In this document: positions 58,967 through 64,000 of the stretch, piece by piece | Numbering within the stretch: the first letter of the stretch is position 1 | How the letters are laid out: every line of letters begins with the position of its first letter | Assembly: GCA_033977065.1 (NCBI GenBank) | Contig: JAXCHI010000004.1 | Span: 192,001 to 256,000 of the forward strand | DNA: 64,000 bases | DNA from: Candidatus Algichlamydia australiensis | Lineage (GTDB): Bacteria; Chlamydiota; Chlamydiia; Chlamydiales; JAJFMI01 | Direction of reading: 5' to 3' | Position numbers and translations under genes: made by a program | Notes under the pieces: generated by a model | The model's input: the letters and a program-made list of their open reading frames with translations, nothing else | What the model was told of the DNA's origin: nothing | The model's database searches: none

Positions 58967-61096
58967 ACCGGTAAATCGCTTGTTAACCTCGTCTGTGTTT
59001 ACAGCAATCGCAACAGCTTTTTTTGTACCAAGCAGCATCACGAGCTTTTTTCCGCGCGTAATCCCTGTGTAGAGCAAATTGCGATAGAGAAGTTTAAAAT
59101 GGCTTGTATGAATAGGAATCACGATTGCGGGGCACTCACTTCCCTGGTACTTGTGAATGGAGCAGGCATAAGCTAAAACCAACTCATTCAACTCGCTGAA
59201 ACTGTAGTCGACAATCTTTCCCTCAAAATCCACAGTAATAACCTGCTCTTCTTGGTCGATCAGATCAATGATTCCGACATCACCATTATAGACAAATTTT
59301 TGGTAGTTATTGCGAATCTGCATCACCTTATCGCCTGGGCAAAAAGAGCGTCCCATGCGAACTAACGCGGGTTTGCCAGGATTTAACTGCTGCTGCAAAT
59401 GAAAGTTTAAATTTTCAATGCCAATCGGTCCCTTTTTCATTGGGGCAAGCACCTGGACATCCTTAATCGGATCGAAACCAAACTTCTCAGGAATCTCTTT
59501 GGAAATCAAGCTAAGCGTTCGCTCTAAAATTGCTTCAGGCTCCTCAATAGGAAGAAAGAAAAAATCGCTCTTCTCTTCCACTTCTAGATCGGGGAAAATC
59601 CCGCGATTGATGCGGTGCGCATTGGTGACAATTTTTGAACCGCGCGCCTGACGGAAAATGCGCTTTAAAATCGTAACAGGCAACTTCTCAGAATCAATGA
59701 GATCGCGCAATACATTTCCTGGACCCACACTGGGGAGCTGATCGACATCTCCAATAAAAATCACCTTTGACTTGCTCGGTACAGCTTTTAAAAGACTGTA
59801 CATGAGCTGCGTGTCGATCATCGACGCCTCATCAACAATCAAAAGCTCACACTCAAGAGGATTCTCTTTATTGCGCTTAAAGCCTCCTGCGCCAAAATCA
59901 ACTTCCAAAAGCGCATGAATCGTCTGCGCCTTGCGCCGTGTGATCTCACTCAAGCGCTTCGCTGCGCGACCTGTTGGTGCAGCTAAATAAATCTTTCCAG
60001 AGATCTTCTCTAAAATACGTAAAATCCCATGTGTAATCGTACTCTTACCAGTACCAGGACCCCCGGTAATGATCTGAACCTTCTCTTCTAAAGCTTGTAA
60101 AATCGCCGTTTTCTGTTCAGGCGCCAGTTTAATTTTTAGCTGCTCTTCTACCCAGTGAATCGCTTTTTCGCCCTGCACAGTGCGAATCGCGCTCTCAGAA
60201 AGATGAATACGCTTAATCTCCCTTGCAATCCCGACCTCAGAGAGATAGAGCGGCTTGACCCAGATAAACTCCTCATTCTTTTCACCCAGAGGATAGCGCA
60301 CCAGCCGGCCATCAGCCTCAAGGTTTTCCATTTCAGGAACAATCAGCTCCTCATCAATGTCAAGCGCGCCCTTGATCACTTCAAGAAGTTTTATTTTGGG
60401 ATAACAGACATGGCCATCATTGGAGAGCTCCCAGAGAAGATGCTCGATCGCAGCCTGAATGCGGACAGGCGCCTCTTTTGCAATTCCAATTTTTTGCGCT
60501 ACCTGATCAGCAGTCTTAAAACCGACACCAAAAATATTGCGCGCCAACTGGTAAGGATTTTCTTTAATGATCTCAATACTCTTGTCGCCATAACGCTTAT
60601 AGACCTTTTGTGCTAAAGAGGGGGCTATTCCATGGCCACGCAAAAAGATCATCAAATCTCGAATTGCCGCTTGTTCGCTCCAGCACTGTACGATCATGTC
60701 GAGGCGTTTGCGCCCCATCCCTTCAACTTCCAAAAGCATTTCGGGCTCTTGCTCTAAAATCCGAAGCGTATCTGTTCCAAACTCCTTCACAATGCGCTTA
60801 GCAAAAACAGGACCAAGCCCCTTAATCATTCCCGATCCTAAATAACTCTCAATACCCGCAAGATCGGAAGGCTGCTCAGTTGCAAAACTCTCTACCTCGA
60901 ACTGGCGCCCGAAACTGGGATGATGCTTCCAGTTCCCTTTACAAGTAACAGATTCTCCCGGCTGCAACCCAGGCATCTTCCCCACAATCGTGGTTAAATC
61001 TTCCTGCTTAGGCTCCTTTAAACGCGCAACAATAAAACCAGTATCTTCGCTTCCAAAAACAATGCGTTCAACAACGCCAATAACCTGTTCTTCCAT
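58940..61096 (-). CDS. recD2: ATP-dependent RecD-like DNA helicase
   Basis: N-terminal OB/HhH, TGGPGTGKST, APTGRAAKR, VDEASM, GDVDQLPSVGPG, SIHKYQGSE. Confidence 0.96.
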   Translation of the reverse strand: MEEQVIGVVERIVFGSEDTGFIVARLKEPKQEDLTTIVGKMPGLQPGESVTCKGNWKHHPSFGRQFEVESFATEQPSDLAGIESYLGSGMIKGLGPVFAKRIVKEFGTDTLRILEQEPEMLLEVEGMGRKRLDMIVQCWSEQAAIRDLMIFLRGHGIAPSLAQKVYKRYGDKSIEIIKENPYQLARNIFGVGFKTADQVAQKIGIAKEAPVRIQAAIEHLLWELSNDGHVCYPKIKLLEVIKGALDIDEELIVPEMENLEADGRLVRYPLGEKNEEFIWVKPLYLSEVGIAREIKRIHLSESAIRTVQGEKAIHWVEEQLKIKLAPEQKTAILQALEEKVQIITGGPGTGKSTITHGILRILEKISGKIYLAAPTGRAAKRLSEITRRKAQTIHALLEVDFGAGGFKRNKENPLECELLIVDEASMIDTQLMYSLLKAVPSKSKVIFIGDVDQLPSVGPGNVLRDLIDSEKLPVTILKRIFRQARGSKIVTNAHRINRGIFPDLEVEEKSDFFFLPIEEPEAILERTLSLISKEIPEKFGFDPIKDVQVLAPMKKGPIGIENLNFHLQQQLNPGKPALVRMGRSFCPGDKVMQIRNNYQKFVYNGDVGIIDLIDQEEQVITVDFEGKIVDYSFSELNELVLAYACSIHKYQGSECPAIVIPIHTSHFKLLYRNLLYTGITRGKKLVMLLGTKKAVAIAVNTDEVNKRFTGLRELFLES

Positions 61097-61210
61097 TCCC
61101 AAAACAATAGCACCATTTAAAAGAGAACAATAGAGAAAAAAATATTTTAAATCGAGAATCTTAAACCGTTGCAAGTAAAGGGTGAAATAGAGTAAAATGA
61201 TAATTCATGT

Positions 61211-61282
61211 TCCGGATTAGCTCAGCGGTAGAGCAGTGGACTGTTAATCCATTTGTCGCTGGTTCGAATCCAGCATCCGGAG
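61211..61282 (+). tRNA. tRNA-Asn(GTT)
   Basis: TCCGGAT/ATCCGGA acceptor stem, GTGGA-CTGTTAA-TCCAT anticodon arm, GTTCGAA. Confidence 0.97.
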
Positions 61283-61293
61283 TCCTTATTCCT

Positions 61294-61319
61294 GCCCCTC
61301 AGAAGAGGGGCTTTTTTTT
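61294..61319 (+). terminator. Terminator after tRNA-Asn
   Basis: GCCCCTC-agaa-GAGGGGC followed by T8. Confidence 0.85.
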
Positions 61320-61329
61320 GGAGTTGATT

Positions 61330-61665
61330 GTGAAAGAATCTCTTTATAAAATTCTCTCTTTAAAAGCATGGCAAGAGAGCCAAACTCAAGAATTTTTGAC
61401 CCTTTCAGAAAACGACAAAAAATTTATCCATTTTTCAACTAAAGAGCAGCTGCCGAGAATTTTGAAAAAACATTGGTTAAATGAGACCGAGTGTGTGATA
61501 TTAAGAGTCGATCCAAAGCAATTGCTCGGAAAACTTGTTTTCGAAAGTAACCCGGGTGGTACAAATCAATACTATCACCTCTACGGGGGTGCTATTCCCC
61601 TAAAGGCAGTACATGTAATTACGGAGCAAACTCTATCATTGCTCAAGAAGCAGGAATCATCTTAA
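61330..61665 (+). CDS. DUF952 family protein
   Basis: LYKIL, FIHFST..QL, YYHLYGGAIPL..V; GTG start after GGAG. Confidence 0.85.
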   Translation: MKESLYKILSLKAWQESQTQEFLTLSENDKKFIHFSTKEQLPRILKKHWLNETECVILRVDPKQLLGKLVFESNPGGTNQYYHLYGGAIPLKAVHVITEQTLSLLKKQESS

Positions 61666-61797
61666 GATCTTTAGATGTTTCTTCATTAGACCTTCGTCAA
61701 CCAGACGCTCTTTTGACAAAGGGAGTACTCCTCACTAGTGATCCTGAAATTCGTTTGGAATTTCTTAATTATTCATAATCAATTGGTTATACTTTAT

Positions 61798-61826
61798 TGA
61801 GTTATAGACTTCTGTTCTATAACTCA
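61798..61826. promoter_or_regulatory. Palindrome overlapping the Fic gene start, probable operator
   Basis: TGAGTTATAGA-N7-TCTATAACTCA. Confidence 0.6.
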
Positions 61827-62914
61827 TGCCTTGGAATTGGCAATTAGAAAAGTGGCCGCGATTCACTTGTGATTTAAATCAATTGATAGAAACAGAGAAG
61901 AAATTTCTCTTAGCTGCTGGCAGAGCCTTTGCATATATCAAAACTTTGGATAAGGAAAATGCTCACCGGATCATTGTAGAGATTTTAAGTTTAGAGGGGA
62001 TTGAGAGCTCAAAAATTGAGGGCGAGTATCTTGATCGAGAGAGTTTGCAATCTTCCATTCGTGCCGCTTTGGGGTTAAATACGCAGCACAAGAAGCCGAA
62101 GAAAAAAGAGTCTGATATGGCAGAGCTCATGTTTGCTATTTATGAAACCTTTGATGAGCCGCTGACACATAAAATGCTCTTTAAATGGCACTCTTTGCTC
62201 TTTCAAAAAGAGTCCCACCTTTCAAATATTGGCAATTACCGAGTGCATAAAGAGCCAATGCAAATTGTCTCGCATAAGTGTGGCTCAAAAAAGATTTTTT
62301 TTGAAGCTCCTCCTTCCCATCGTGTGCGAAAAGAGATGGATGAATTTGTAAAATGGTTTAACCAAACGCGCACGACAAAATCGATCTTGGCAAGAGCAGC
62401 AATTGCCCATATCTATTTTGAAAGCATTCACCCCTTTGAAGATGGGAATGGGCGCATTGGGCGTGTTCTTGTAGAAAAAATCCTTTCTCAAGGAGTAGGA
62501 GACCCCATTTTGATTGCTGTCTCTCAAATCTTGGAAAAGCGAAAAAAAGAGTATTACGCGGAGTTACAAAAGTGCAATTATTCCCTGGATGCTAACGATT
62601 GGGTACAGTTTTTTTCCCAAGTCATTTTGCAAGCGCAGGAGTCCTCACTCAAACTGCTTCATTTTGTGATCAACAAATCCAAAACTCTCTCAGCGCTCTC
62701 TGGAAAAATCAACGGAAGGCAAGAGAAGATACTGCTAAGAATCTTTGCCGAGGGACCGAAGGGGTTTCAAGGTGGCTTAAGTGCAGAAAATTACATTTCG
62801 ATAACAAAATGCTCGCGCGCCACGGCTACCCGCGATTTAAACGATCTTATTGAGAAAGGAGCCTTGCAAAAAACAGGCTCTCTCAAACACACCCGTTATT
62901 CATTAGTGTTATAG
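61826..62914 (+). CDS. Fic family protein (DUF4172-type N-terminus, C-terminal HTH)
   Basis: WNWQLEKWPRF, SSKIEGE inhibitory motif, HPFEDGNGRIGR, SRATATRDL. Confidence 0.95.
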   Translation: MPWNWQLEKWPRFTCDLNQLIETEKKFLLAAGRAFAYIKTLDKENAHRIIVEILSLEGIESSKIEGEYLDRESLQSSIRAALGLNTQHKKPKKKESDMAELMFAIYETFDEPLTHKMLFKWHSLLFQKESHLSNIGNYRVHKEPMQIVSHKCGSKKIFFEAPPSHRVRKEMDEFVKWFNQTRTTKSILARAAIAHIYFESIHPFEDGNGRIGRVLVEKILSQGVGDPILIAVSQILEKRKKEYYAELQKCNYSLDANDWVQFFSQVILQAQESSLKLLHFVINKSKTLSALSGKINGRQEKILLRIFAEGPKGFQGGLSAENYISITKCSRATATRDLNDLIEKGALQKTGSLKHTRYSLVL

Positions 62915-63180
62915 TTTTGTTTCAAATATTTATAACATGCTAAATATAAGAGCTTTGTAGACGGCTATTTTCTATCAATATTTAAAATGGTCACGACTAT
63001 TTTAAAGATCGGCCCGGATTTCTCCTGCCTTGAAGTATTTTCAAGATGCCACAAATGCTACTCACGCGTTTCAAGTTGTAATTGATATGCCGTATGTGAA
63101 TGTTGACTGCTTTTCAGAGACAGAGCCTGTGATTGTTCCTGCGAGGACTTTTCTTTCTCAGCTCGTTTAAATCCTGATCT

Positions 63181-64000
63181 TTATTTGAAAATGAGACTTG
63201 AAGAACAAATCTGTGTAATTTCCTCAGAAGTGAGGATCGTTGAGAGGAGTTTGAGATAGCGCGGGTAGCAGCTGCTGTTGTTAAATCCTGGGAAGAAGGG
63301 AGAGGGAAGGAGCCAGGGGAGCTCTAAGCCGCCGAAAAAGTCGGCGCCGAGGGCGATGTTTTCTAAGATGCCAAGTTCTTTGGCGTGTTCAATGTGTTTG
63401 AGGAAATAGTCGGGAGTAGGACCGACAAATTGACGGTAGAAGTTCATACCGATCAGGCCATTGCGTTTTGCAATTTCAAGAGCTAAGTCGTTGGGAAGGT
63501 TGCGCGGATTGTCGGTTACGCTGCGAAAGTTGGAATGGCTAGCAAGGACGGGTAGGGAGAGATTTTTTTCTTCGATATAGGAGAAAAGATCATAGGCAAG
63601 GGCGTCTGAGGTGTGGCTGAAATCCAGAGGAATTTGCAGTTCTGTCATTTTTTCAAGTAAGATTTTACCGTCAGGTTTCAGTCCGATACTGGTATAGCTG
63701 CCACCACCAAAGCGGTTTTCTTCGTTCCAGGTAAGGCTAATGTAGGCAAGAGGGCCAATCTCTTTTTGAAGGGTTTCAAGGCGAGTCAGGACTTGGTCTA
63801 GCGGATCCTTTTCTTCAGCAATGCCGCACGCGCTCTCTAAGGCGGGAATCAGTTGAAGATTGTCGGTTTGCGGAAGGGTTTTGAAAATTTTAGCTTGGCG
63901 TGCGCCGCATTTTGATGAGCCCGGCTTGTTTTCAGTGAAAATGACAAGAACTTGTTTTGTAACGCCGCCTTTTTGCATCTGCTCAAGTGAGCAGCGCGAT
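63181..64000 (-). CDS. Membrane dipeptidase (M19 family), 5' end outside the window
   Basis: ALESACG, SLTWNEENRFGGG, DFSH, ASHSN, RNL, LGADFFG; frame open to the window edge. Confidence 0.88.
   Translation of the reverse strand, partial: SRCSLEQMQKGGVTKQVLVIFTENKPGSSKCGARQAKIFKTLPQTDNLQLIPALESACGIAEEKDPLDQVLTRLETLQKEIGPLAYISLTWNEENRFGGGSYTSIGLKPDGKILLEKMTELQIPLDFSHTSDALAYDLFSYIEEKNLSLPVLASHSNFRSVTDNPRNLPNDLALEIAKRNGLIGMNFYRQFVGPTPDYFLKHIEHAKELGILENIALGADFFGGLELPWLLPSPFFPGFNNSSCYPRYLKLLSTILTSEEITQICSSSLIFK

Noticed and set aside
61207..61329. N-terminal part of the 152-aa ORF
   Set aside because: It overlaps tRNA-Asn and its terminator; the DUF952 domain starts near 61330

Overview
A 64-kb chromosomal window from an environmental Chlamydiota bacterium (genetic code 11). 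The assignment rests on gene order (rpmE-prfA-prmC-ffh-rpsP-trmD-rplS-rnhB-gmk-rpoZ-metG-recD2; lptFG-tilS-ftsH-pnp-rpsO-tadA), a 915-aa FtsH, and chlamydia-type Tgt, YhhQ and SAM-carrier sequences. Most of the window is housekeeping genes plus three tRNAs (Ala-TGC, Ile-GAT, Asn-GTT). Accessory content: (1) a tRNA-adjacent islet with a YhcG nuclease and a divergent pair of small, very basic genes resembling phage/giant-virus proteins, the best candidate for an undescribed system; (2) an LRR-NEL E3-ligase-like effector and an ankyrin protein with a bipartite NLS-like motif; (3) a tandem triplet of unknown membrane proteins between rplS and rnhB, with visible duplication scars; (4) a HigBA-like module whose toxin carries a nonsense codon; (5) a Fic gene and an AAA-ATPase gene, each with palindromes upstream. 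At least four families of non-coding MITE/palindromic elements are present, and an IS5-like MITE has rewritten the C-termini of gltA and gmk. Two 1-bp insertions (gltA, rpmE) look like consensus artefacts; correcting the rpmE one reveals a histone-like (KKPAA)n tail on L31. All family names come from motif recognition and memory, not from database searches.
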